NCBI GenBank assembly: GCA_051439605.1
Contig: JBFRWN010000094.1
Location: forward strand, 1-29,082
Length of the DNA stretch: 29,082 nucleotides
Origin: Synechococcus sp.
Lineage (GTDB): Bacteria > Cyanobacteriota > Cyanobacteriia > Thermostichales > PCC-7336
Reading direction: 5' to 3'
How positions within the stretch are numbered: the first letter of the stretch is position 1; each line of letters opens with the position of its first letter. Below are positions 18,595-27,544 of the stretch, piece by piece. The position numbers were made by a program, and so were the translations under genes. Below the pieces are notes generated by a model. That model saw only the letters and a list, made by a program, of their open reading frames with translations. It searched no databases and was not told where the DNA came from.

Positions 18595-20019
18595 ATGACT
18601 CAAGAGGCGCTGGCGCTGGTTTGGCACCGACGCGATTTACGCCTGCACGATAACCCTGCTCTGCACGAAGCAGTGCAGCGATACGCACAGGTGCTGGGGG
18701 TCTTTGTCATCGACCCAGATATTTTGGCTCGTCCGGACACCGCTCCCTGCCGCGTCCAATTCATGCTGGAATCGCTAGCTGAATTGCAGGAACGTTACAC
18801 TGCGCTGGGGGGATGCCTGGTGATTCGACGAGGACAGCCGCTCTCGGTGCTGCGACAGTTGGTGCAGGACAGCAAAGCCGTAGCCGTGTTTTGGAACGGG
18901 GATGTAGAACCTTATGCGATTGCCCGCGACAGCAAAGTCGCTGCAGCACTCACATCCGACGGCATTCGCGCTCAGGGCTATCTAGACTTACTGCTGCACG
19001 AACCGGCGGATATCGGCACCCAAGCGGGTAAGCCCTACGCGGTCTTCACTCCCTTTTGGCGTAACTGGTCTCAACGGGACAAACTAGCGCCCTATCCCGT
19101 CCCCGATCGCCTGCAATCCCCTCAAATTGAGACAATGCCTCTTCCATCTCTAGCCGACCTGGGGATGAGCTGCGACCAGGAGCTGCCCGCATCCGGAGAG
19201 GCGATCGCCCTCGACCTGCTGGATAACTTCTGTATCAGCGGGGCGGTGTTTGACTACGGCGAGCGGCGTAATTTCCCTGCCCTCCCTGGCACCTCTGCCC
19301 TCAGCCCCCACCTGCGCTGGGGCACGTTAGGGACTCGCCAAACCTGGCAGGCGACGGTGGATGCAGAGCCCGAAATTCGCAGCGAGGAAGCGGAAGCAAG
19401 CCTAATAACCTGGCGTCAGGAACTGTGCTGGAGAGAGTTCTACAAGCACGTCCTGTTCCACTGGCCGCAGCTGGAAACCCAGGAGTACCGCCAGTCTTTC
19501 CGTCAGTTTGCCTGGGAAAACGATCCCGCGAAGTTTGAGGCCTGGTGTCAGGGACAAACCGGCTATCCCATTGTGGATGCTGCCATGCGCCAACTGAACC
19601 GGACGGGATGGATGCACAACCGCTGTCGTATGATTGTGGCCAGCTTTCTGACCAAAGACCTGTTGATTGACTGGCGTTGGGGGGAGCGATATTTCATGCA
19701 GAATCTGGTGGATGGAGATTTATCTGCCAACAACGGGGGCTGGCAATGGAGCGCCAGCGTCGGCACCGATCCCAAGCCCCTAAGAATTTTCAACCCTTCC
19801 ACCCAAGCGAAGCGCTACGACCCCGAAGGAGAATACATTCGTCGTTACGTACCGGAGCTGTCGGGACTGGATTTACCACAGTTGCTAGATGTCGACAAAC
19901 TCGACGAGCGGCAGCGTCGATCCTGCAACTACCCGCTCGCGATCGTGAACCACAAGCTACAACAGCGAGAATTCAAAGCCCGCTACAACGCCTGCAAAGC
20001 CAAAGCGGTAGGCTCTTAG
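18595..20019 (+). CDS. phrB: Class I CPD DNA photolyase
   Basis: WHRRDLRLHDNPAL, TSALSPHLRWG, WREFY, TGYPIVDAAMRQL, GWMHNRCRMIVASFL and NNGGWQW motifs. Confidence 0.94.
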   Translation: MTQEALALVWHRRDLRLHDNPALHEAVQRYAQVLGVFVIDPDILARPDTAPCRVQFMLESLAELQERYTALGGCLVIRRGQPLSVLRQLVQDSKAVAVFWNGDVEPYAIARDSKVAAALTSDGIRAQGYLDLLLHEPADIGTQAGKPYAVFTPFWRNWSQRDKLAPYPVPDRLQSPQIETMPLPSLADLGMSCDQELPASGEAIALDLLDNFCISGAVFDYGERRNFPALPGTSALSPHLRWGTLGTRQTWQATVDAEPEIRSEEAEASLITWRQELCWREFYKHVLFHWPQLETQEYRQSFRQFAWENDPAKFEAWCQGQTGYPIVDAAMRQLNRTGWMHNRCRMIVASFLTKDLLIDWRWGERYFMQNLVDGDLSANNGGWQWSASVGTDPKPLRIFNPSTQAKRYDPEGEYIRRYVPELSGLDLPQLLDVDKLDERQRRSCNYPLAIVNHKLQQREFKARYNACKAKAVGS

Positions 20020-21488
20020 AATGGCAAGTCGTCAACGTTCCAATCCCCCGCAGACTCTGCCGCTCGTTTGGCAGCATGTTTGGGAACTAGCTTGAGGGGC
20101 GTTTGGGGTTTTGACTTCCGTTGACTGCCACGTCTTCGTTCGCTAGTGCGTTCCTCCACGGTCCCCTCCGATATCACCTCGTACAGAACCGCCTGCCGAC
20201 TGCGGTCTGTGCCCTTCCTTAAAATCCGCCCCAACCGCTGCACGTACTCTCGCGTCGATCCCGTCCCCGAGAGTAGAACTGCCACCTTCACTTCTGGCAC
20301 ATCCACCCCCTCGTTCAGCACGTGGGACACCACTAGCGTGCGGTAGCCGCCAGTGCGAAACTGCTCCAGGGTTGCGTGACGTTCCTTCACCGGCGTTTGA
20401 TGCGTAATCGCCGGAATCAGAAATTCGCGAGAAATACGATAGACCGTTGCATTGTCGTTAGTGAAAATTAATACTCGCTCGTCATCGTGCCGTTCTAATA
20501 AGTCGATCAGGATGCGCAACTTTCCTTCAGTCCCCAACGCAATTTGCTTCGCCTCTCGATGGGCCAGCATTGCCCTGCGCCCCTCCGGCGATCGCGCGCT
20601 AGCCTGCACGAACCGCTGCCACCCCTCCAAATATCCCAGACGAATTCTGGCGGATCGCAAAAACCGATTGCGCACCTCCAACAAGTGCTCGTAGCGCTGC
20701 CGCTCTGCTGCACTCAGCTTCACTCTCAACTGCACGATTTCATAATCCGCTAGTGCCGTTCCCGCCAGATCCGCTGCCGACTTGCGATACACCTCCGGTC
20801 CAATCAGTTCCTCTAGGTCAGCATGTCTTCCATCGCTCCGCTCTGGTGTGGCAGTTAGACCGAGACGGTAAGGAGCAATCGCATATTCCGCAATCACCCG
20901 ATTAAAGTCGCTGGGTAAGTGATGGCATTCGTCAAACACAATGGCACCATACTGCCCCCCCAACGTCTCGGCATGGATGGCTGCGCTGTCGTAGGTGGCG
21001 ACTAAGATCGGTGCGCGATCGCGGGAGCCACCTCCCAAAAGCCCGATGGAGATATCGGGAAACGCTGCGACTAGTTGCTGGTACCACTGGTGCATTAAAT
21101 CGAGGGTGGGCACAACGATGAGACAGGACTGTCCCATCTCCTGCAGCACGAGGTGGGCCAGATAGGTCTTGCCCGAGCCGGTGGGCAGCACTACAACTCC
21201 TCGTCCACCGGCCTTTTTCCAGGCCCGCAGCGCTTCTTCCTGGTGCCTGTAGGGTTTGCGCTGAGTTTTGGACTCGAGTACGAGCGGCTCGTATCCCTTG
21301 GCGCGATCGGTAAATTCGGTAACTTCCTGCTGCAGCCGCTCCACCAACACTCGATAGTGCATGGCCGGGATGCGAAATCGCTCGATGCGATCGTCCCATG
21401 TGGCAAAGTCAATCCATCCCTTGCCGCGTGGGGGGGGATGCAGGATTAGGGTGCCACGATCGAAGCTCAGAATTGGAATACGGGGCAT
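20016..21488 (-). CDS. XPB/Rad25-like SF2 DNA helicase (DEAD/DEAH)
   Basis: LPTGSGKT Walker A, FDECHH, LGLTATPER, LNEGVDVP and QRLGRILR motifs. Confidence 0.9.
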   Translation of the reverse strand: MPRIPILSFDRGTLILHPPPRGKGWIDFATWDDRIERFRIPAMHYRVLVERLQQEVTEFTDRAKGYEPLVLESKTQRKPYRHQEEALRAWKKAGGRGVVVLPTGSGKTYLAHLVLQEMGQSCLIVVPTLDLMHQWYQQLVAAFPDISIGLLGGGSRDRAPILVATYDSAAIHAETLGGQYGAIVFDECHHLPSDFNRVIAEYAIAPYRLGLTATPERSDGRHADLEELIGPEVYRKSAADLAGTALADYEIVQLRVKLSAAERQRYEHLLEVRNRFLRSARIRLGYLEGWQRFVQASARSPEGRRAMLAHREAKQIALGTEGKLRILIDLLERHDDERVLIFTNDNATVYRISREFLIPAITHQTPVKERHATLEQFRTGGYRTLVVSHVLNEGVDVPEVKVAVLLSGTGSTREYVQRLGRILRKGTDRSRQAVLYEVISEGTVEERTSERRRGSQRKSKPQTPLKLVPKHAAKRAAESAGDWNVDDLPF

Positions 21489-21831
21489 TGCGGAAACATA
21501 CGCAGCAAGCGCGAGAAGCTGCTGCTCATTCTATCGGCGATCGTTGATGTGTAAGGAAATCGATCGGCCAACGCTCGCGACCCATCACCTCGTACTTGCC
21601 AAGCCTTTCATTCAGCAAGGTTTTGGGGACTGACAATTTATATTGACTTGGACTTCAAAAAGTGGTTATCCCAATCGGTCACTGCTATTGCTCGCAAACT
21701 AGCAAACCGAGGTTTATGCCAGATGGTTTAATGGCTTAAGCAATTGGCAGGCGATGACGCGAATGAATGTTCGTTAATGACTTCTGTCGTTAGCTATCGT
21801 CTTAACCATTCATCCAAGACAATAGGAAATA

Positions 21832-22743
21832 ATGAGGCAGTATTCCCCACTCACAATCGGTTTGTATCTAATCGGTCCGACGCTGATTATCCTCAGCCAT
21901 ATCGGATCTTTGCTTGTTCTGATTACCGGATTATCGTGGGGCTCTGTTATTTGGATCGTATTTTTATATATCATCCGCATGCTAGCAACGACCGGAATTT
22001 ACCATCGACTACTGACTCACAAAGCCTATCAGGCGCCTGTATTGGTTCTATGGGTGGGTTGCATTGTTGCAGCAGCAGCGGGTCAGATGGGGCCCAGTTG
22101 GTGGAAAGCACATCATTTGGCTCATCATCGTCATGCCGACCGAACACTCGATCCCCATTCCCCCTATATTCCGGATCGCGGAATCAAGGGATTCTATTGG
22201 TCTCAAGGTGGGTGGCTGCTATCCCCCCAATTCTTTCCCGCTAAGCTGCCGATGGATGTTGAACGTGATCGGGTATTAAAAATAATTGACCGTTTGCACT
22301 TCATCCCTCTAGTAGCACTTGGGTTACTCTCATACTCCATTGGTGGTGTTGAATATCTCGGTGCTTTTTTCCTCAGCACAACCCTCTTATTTCATGGAGT
22401 ACAAACCGTCAACTCCCTGAGTCACCTTGTGGGAGCGCAACCGTTTATCACCGACGACCACAGTCGAAACAATGGGTTTGTGGCGTTTCTAACTCTGGGT
22501 GAAGGCTGGCATAATCTCCATCATGTCTTTCAGTCCTCAAGCCGTCATGGCATCACCATCCGCAATGGACAGGTGGCCTATCTCCCCGACCCCACCTTTA
22601 GCTTTATTAAATTGCTTGAGTTCTTTAAGTTAGCGTCCAAGCTTAAAGTTCCTCCTGAGACCGCTTTGCTCCTACGGGCCAACAACCGAACCATTGACCG
22701 TTCAGGGCAGCCAGTCAAAGTCAAAACATCGGTCAATTCTTAA
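21832..22743 (+). CDS. Delta-9-type acyl-lipid/acyl-CoA desaturase (DesC-like)
   Basis: His boxes YHRLLTH, HHLAHHRH and GEGWHNLHH; DPHSP and VNSLSH motifs. Confidence 0.9.
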   Translation: MRQYSPLTIGLYLIGPTLIILSHIGSLLVLITGLSWGSVIWIVFLYIIRMLATTGIYHRLLTHKAYQAPVLVLWVGCIVAAAAGQMGPSWWKAHHLAHHRHADRTLDPHSPYIPDRGIKGFYWSQGGWLLSPQFFPAKLPMDVERDRVLKIIDRLHFIPLVALGLLSYSIGGVEYLGAFFLSTTLLFHGVQTVNSLSHLVGAQPFITDDHSRNNGFVAFLTLGEGWHNLHHVFQSSSRHGITIRNGQVAYLPDPTFSFIKLLEFFKLASKLKVPPETALLLRANNRTIDRSGQPVKVKTSVNS

Positions 22744-22956
22744 CCGCTGGTATCTCAGAGGGAGGACCGTACAATCGCAGAGGATAGTTCAGCAATCCAT
22801 AACCCTGATTGGGTATCGATCTCTCAGTCCTACCTTCAATGGCGACAACTCTATTCGTTTGCTACAGCATTAAATAACCAGTCACAAGTCAATAGTGGAG
22901 AGAAATCTCATGATTTATCTGAAGTTTGGGGCCATCTAAATGCGGGAATTGAAAAT

Positions 22957-24024
22957 TTAGAGTGAGACCAATAGGTGAACAGCAATCCCTAAAGCTGCCG
23001 TCACGCCACACAGAGCAGCAACCACGTTAGTCTCGGGCCACCCTCCTAACTCCAGGTGATGGTGCAGCGGTGACATGCGAAATAGCCGTTGGCCTTCCCC
23101 ATACTTGCGCTTGGTGTATTTAAAATAGCCTACTTGCGCCATCACCGACAGCGCCTCTGCGATAAACACCCCCCCCACGATCGCCAGAGCCCAGAGGCAA
23201 TTACCGATCAGAGCAATGGAGGCAAGAGCTCCCCCCAGCGCCAACGATCCGGTATCCCCCATAAACACTTTGGCGGGATTGCGATTGTGGGCCAGAAATC
23301 CAAGACAGCTTCCTGCTAACGCGATCGCCATGACAGCCAAATCGGGCTGGGGGACAACAGTCGCTAAGGCAACCAGCGCTAGGGAGACGGTACCTGCGGC
23401 TAAACCATCTAAACCATCGGTAAGATTGACAGCGTTATTGGTTCCCAGCAACACAAAAATTGCCAGGGGCCAAAATAACAGGCTCAGCGGTAATGTCCCC
23501 ATCAGGGGCAACACGAGGCTGGTGGTAAGTAATCCAAAGTAAGACAACCCGGCACAGGCGGCGATCGCGGCCAGGATCTGCAGACCGAGTTTGACCTGAG
23601 GGGAAATGCCGATGTTGGATTGCTTTCGAATCACCGTCCAATCATCCAGGAAACCAATCACCCCAAACGCTAGGGTGACAGCGGCCACGGCCACAGCTTC
23701 TAAACTCGCGTGGGTGAATATCAGCCCGACTAACAGCCCCACCGGCACAAAATATAGTCCCCCCATCGTCGGGGTGCCCCCTTTTTGGAGGTGTGCTTGA
23801 GGACCTTCAGTGCGAATAATCTGGCCAGTCTTTAGCCAGCGCAGCATTGGAACTGCGACTATGCCCACCAACGCTGTGACAAAGACAGCGATGGTGAAGG
23901 GCAAGACTGCTGCTGGTTGCCACAGCCATAACGTGCCGGATAAAGACAGGGCTAAGCCGATCGCAACTCCTGTGCCGCTCCACTGCAACGGGATCTTCAT
24001 TTCCTCAACTGACTGTATGGACAC
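22957..24024 (-). CDS. mraY: Phospho-N-acetylmuramoyl-pentapeptide transferase
   Basis: KGGTPTMGG, GFLDD, NAVNLTDGLDGLA, VFMGDTGSLALG and MSPLHHHLE motifs. Confidence 0.97.
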   Translation of the reverse strand: MSIQSVEEMKIPLQWSGTGVAIGLALSLSGTLWLWQPAAVLPFTIAVFVTALVGIVAVPMLRWLKTGQIIRTEGPQAHLQKGGTPTMGGLYFVPVGLLVGLIFTHASLEAVAVAAVTLAFGVIGFLDDWTVIRKQSNIGISPQVKLGLQILAAIAACAGLSYFGLLTTSLVLPLMGTLPLSLLFWPLAIFVLLGTNNAVNLTDGLDGLAAGTVSLALVALATVVPQPDLAVMAIALAGSCLGFLAHNRNPAKVFMGDTGSLALGGALASIALIGNCLWALAIVGGVFIAEALSVMAQVGYFKYTKRKYGEGQRLFRMSPLHHHLELGGWPETNVVAALCGVTAALGIAVHLLVSL

Positions 24025-24294
24025 ACACCTACTCCTGAAGGGTTGAGCCCACTACCACAAGCCTAGATGCTGATGGGCAGGACTCCAAATTACCCCTCAG
24101 CCTACAGGGTTGCCTGTCAAAAAGCTCGGTTGACTAGCCTACATTCTTGCCCTAACAAACTAGAGTTTTGTTTGTTAAGAGATTTGAGCGCGATCGCCTG
24201 CGATACAAGTCCAGCCCATCACAGGACAATTTACGAGGGGCTGAGTCGGTTCCAGTCCAGCTGACGTTAGATTGTGAGAGAAAGAATGGGGGAA

Positions 24295-25233
24295 CTAGGA
24301 AAGGCTGCAGAATGTTTCCCCGCCGTTTTCTATCCAGCCGTAAATCATCCCTGACGTGGAATGTCCGACCGCGCATTGGCCGTCCTTATCCACCACAATG
24401 ACTCCCCCCATTCCATTGACTTTAGAAACCAGATAGTCAATGCCTACCTTTGCTGCCTCTTTCGCGTTCAATCCTTGAAAATGAACCAAATCGGAAATGG
24501 TTTTGGACAGGACGGTGCGTAAAAACTGTTCGCCGTAACCGGTGGCTGATACCGCACATGAGTCGTTGTCGGCAAATACCCCTGCACCGACGACGGGGCT
24601 ATCCCCCACTCGGCCCCAGCGCTTATTAACAATGCCACCAGTGGAGGTGGCAGCGGCAAGGTTTCCATTGATGTCGCGGGCTACAGCTCCAATGGTGCCT
24701 AACTTACGCTGCAGCATGGGATTCACATCCTCGTGATCCAGCATCATCTTGCCCGCTTCTTGGGCCTCCTTCCACTGCCGTACCCGACTCTCCACAATGA
24801 AATAGTCATCTGGCATCAGCTCCATGCCACAAGCCTGGGTGGCAAACTCCATTGCCCCCTTGCTAATCAGCATGACGTGCTCGCTTCGATCCATCACTTG
24901 CCGGGCCAGACAAGAGGGATTTTTGATGTTGTGGATTCCTGCAACAGCTCCGGCGGACAGATCGCGGCCATCCATAATTGCCGCATCCATTTCCACCAAA
25001 CCAAATTCATTCAAGACTGAACCGCGACCGGCGTTGTAGAGGGGATCGTCCTCCAACAATGCCGCACAGAGCTCAACTGCATCGACCGCCGCCCCTCCTT
25101 TTTCCAATACTCGCCGACCCCGCATCAACGTGCGCCGCAAACTTTGAGTGAACTGTTCAACGCTTCCCTCCCGTTTGATATGTTCTAGGGCGCCAGCACC
25201 GCCGTGAAGGATCAGAGAGAAGTTAGAGGTCAT
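24295..25233 (-). CDS. iaaA: Isoaspartyl peptidase/L-asparaginase (Ntn hydrolase)
   Basis: LHGGAG, LEDDPLYNAGRGS, EMDAAIMDG, GTIGAVA (catalytic Thr), ATSTGG and GRVGDSP motifs. Start at ATG 25233. Confidence 0.92.
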   Translation of the reverse strand: MTSNFSLILHGGAGALEHIKREGSVEQFTQSLRRTLMRGRRVLEKGGAAVDAVELCAALLEDDPLYNAGRGSVLNEFGLVEMDAAIMDGRDLSAGAVAGIHNIKNPSCLARQVMDRSEHVMLISKGAMEFATQACGMELMPDDYFIVESRVRQWKEAQEAGKMMLDHEDVNPMLQRKLGTIGAVARDINGNLAAATSTGGIVNKRWGRVGDSPVVGAGVFADNDSCAVSATGYGEQFLRTVLSKTISDLVHFQGLNAKEAAKVGIDYLVSKVNGMGGVIVVDKDGQCAVGHSTSGMIYGWIENGGETFCSLS

Positions 25234-25442
25234 AGACGTCAGGGGGGTGAGGATGTGAGGGAAAGGGAACAAGGAAGCTAAATGCCGAAGTAGGCTTGCA
25301 GACAAGAAAATATTCTTAATTTACAAAGCCTAGGGTGGAAACTGGTGGAGCACTGTTCCAAGCAATGCTTAGTAACAAGTCATAACAAAATCTTAATCTT
25401 TTAGGGTGTCCCTTTGCACAATCTCAATTCGATCGCTGAGAA

Positions 25443-25469
25443 AAAGGTCGTAAAGGTCGTAAAGGTCGT
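25443..25469. repeat. 9-bp tandem repeat (AAAGGTCGT) x3
   Basis: AAAGGTCGT at 25443, 25452 and 25461, in intergenic DNA. Confidence 0.9.
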
Positions 25470-25686
25470 ATCAGAGATGGCTGCCAAGCCGATCGAGACA
25501 TTTCACCGTCTGGTTCAATCGGGCGGTTAAAGGCTACAAACCGTATAAGTCTTCACCTAGCCATGAAACTGAGAGATTCAGGGAAGGGTTTGAAGTGGAG
25601 AAGCAAGCAGGACTTGCATTCGCTTTGTTGTGAGTAAATGATTGTATCCATTTACACATCTCAAATGGTTCGAAGGTTCCTTGAAA

Positions 25687-26091
25687 CTAATCTGAGGTGT
25701 AACAGCGATTGATAGCCTCCAGAGCTAGCTGTTCGTCATCCTTCTCACTGAGGCCACTGACACCAATACCGCCAATCGCCTGCTGCTCCACTAAAATTGG
25801 CGCCCCTCCAGCCATGCCTGTAATTTTCGGGTCGACCCAATAGCCCATGTCCTTACCCGTTTTCTGAGCCCATTGCCCCACCTGGGATGAGGGAATCCGT
25901 TCGCGGGCAGCAGTATACGCCTTGGCCTGAGCTAGCACACCTGATTGGATTGTCGCTCGATCCATCCGACCGAAAGCAACCAGATCGCCGTGGCTATCAA
26001 CGACGGCGATCGATACAGCAACATCACCTTCCCGAGCGGTAGTCATGGCTGCCTCGATCAGGGATTGCGCATCAGAATATTGAATTTCCAT
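25687..26091 (-). CDS. GlcG/HbpS family heme-binding protein
   Basis: VSIAVVDSHG, RMD, AQAKAYTA, GGAPI and GGIGVSG...D motifs. Confidence 0.9.
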   Translation of the reverse strand: MEIQYSDAQSLIEAAMTTAREGDVAVSIAVVDSHGDLVAFGRMDRATIQSGVLAQAKAYTAARERIPSSQVGQWAQKTGKDMGYWVDPKITGMAGGAPILVEQQAIGGIGVSGLSEKDDEQLALEAINRCYTSD

Positions 26092-26541
26092 GCCGTCACC
26101 CTCCGTCGAACAGAAATTTTTAACGCTATTTTCTTTACTTTTATTGTAGAGGCGATCCTGAATGTTTTGGGAATAATATGTAGGTTATTTCTCTAAGTCA
26201 GAAAGGTAAAGAGCTCAACTCAACTCTAGTAGACATAGAGATCGCAGATTGATATTCATTTTTCTTAAGAAGTAGTGTGTCAGGTGCCGATTTTTACTAA
26301 TCTGTAGATGGACAGTGACTCTGGAGTTAAAGATATAAAAACTTTGGAACGATACTGTTGTCAAAATATAGGTTTCTGAGAGACAGGAGGCTTGGTGGGT
26401 ATTGGTCCTCAAAGGGCTGATGGACGTTCGGAGTAGTACGTGATAGAGGAGCAGAATCCTATCAGCCCAGCTTTTTTGCGGACTGAATGTCTATCGCTAT
26501 TTAATATTTTATTGCTTCGACTTCGAGGAAGAGATTTAACG

Positions 26542-27504
26542 ATGCGAACAGTCCAGCTCAGTCAAACCAATGTCGCTGTGAGTTGTTTGGGGTTGGGAAC
26601 CCTCCGCTTTGGAACCCTGAACAACTACGAAGAATCGGAACAATTGCTAGATACATATATAGATGCAGGTGGTCGTTTAATCGATACAGCTAACTGCTAT
26701 AACCAATGGGCCGCAAATGCCAAAGGCGGAGAAAGCGAGGCGGTTTTAGGCCGGTGGCTGCGAGAGCGCAAAAATCGTGACGATTTCTTTATTGCTAGCA
26801 AGGTGGGTTTTGGGTATGACAACGTTCCCGATGGCTTAGCCGCCAAGATCATTATCAGCGCTTGCGAAGAATGTTTGCGGCGCCTAGGTACCGATCGCCT
26901 CGATCTGTTCTATGCCCACAAGGACGATCCCGATACACCGCTGGAAGAAACCCTCGCGGCGTTTACCCAACTAAAAGAAGCAGGAAAAATTCGATTTGCC
27001 GGAGCCAGCAATTATCTAGCCTGGCGATTAGCGGATGCGGATGCGATCGCAGATGCGAAAGGATTGGAAGAGTTTACTTGTGTTGAACAGCGGTACACCT
27101 ACCTGCGACCCCAGCCAGGGGGGTACTTTTTCCCCCAACGCCTAATCGACGAAAACTTGGCGACCTACTGCGACGATCGAGGTAAAACAATGCTGCCCTA
27201 TACGCCGCTGCTACGGGGAGCTTACGTACGGGCCGACCGTCCCGTTGCTCAAAGCTATCGGGGACCCGATACCGATGCCCGCTTGGCCGCCTTACGGGAG
27301 GTTTCGCAGGAATTGGGGGCGACCCCCAATCAGGTGGTGCTGGCTTGGATGATGCAGCGCCAGCCCCCTCTGATTCCAATCTTCTCGGCAGGAAAGCCCG
27401 AACATTTGCGGGAAAACCTGGGTGCACTCGATGTGAAGCTGTCTGAAGCCCAGATGGCTAAACTCACGATGGCTGGGCACTGTCCCAATGAGGAGCCCAA
27501 TTAA
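26542..27504 (+). CDS. Aldo/keto reductase
   Basis: LGLGT, IDTANCY, SEAVLG, IASKVG, LGTDRLDLFYAH and GKIRFAGASN motifs. ATG 26542 follows GAGGA. Confidence 0.92.
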   Translation: MRTVQLSQTNVAVSCLGLGTLRFGTLNNYEESEQLLDTYIDAGGRLIDTANCYNQWAANAKGGESEAVLGRWLRERKNRDDFFIASKVGFGYDNVPDGLAAKIIISACEECLRRLGTDRLDLFYAHKDDPDTPLEETLAAFTQLKEAGKIRFAGASNYLAWRLADADAIADAKGLEEFTCVEQRYTYLRPQPGGYFFPQRLIDENLATYCDDRGKTMLPYTPLLRGAYVRADRPVAQSYRGPDTDARLAALREVSQELGATPNQVVLAWMMQRQPPLIPIFSAGKPEHLRENLGALDVKLSEAQMAKLTMAGHCPNEEPN

Positions 27505-27544
27505 TTGCACCGCTTGCCGATGATTTGAAAGAGCCTCCACCACT

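Larger units (their letters stand above)
396..27050. repeat. HIP1 octamer GCGATCGC, dispersed
   Basis: Copies at e.g. 396, 1250, 1313, 1628, 2699, 2842, 3348, 3848, 4114, 7083, 12299, 13213, 13954, 14512, 15460, 16110, 17486, 19201, 20588, 21015, 23321, 23561, 24190 and 27043, far above chance for an 8-mer. Confidence 0.95.

Noticed and set aside
24152..24401. 74-aa and 77-aa ORFs between mraY and iaaA
   Set aside because: Both overlap the iaaA 3' end in alternative frames and show no family resemblance
25645..25656. GTA...TAC considered as an NtcA box
   Set aside because: Spacing is N6, not the GTA-N8-TAC consensus
26215..26412. 65-aa ORF in the AT-rich spacer
   Set aside because: No motif or RBS; likely promoter DNA
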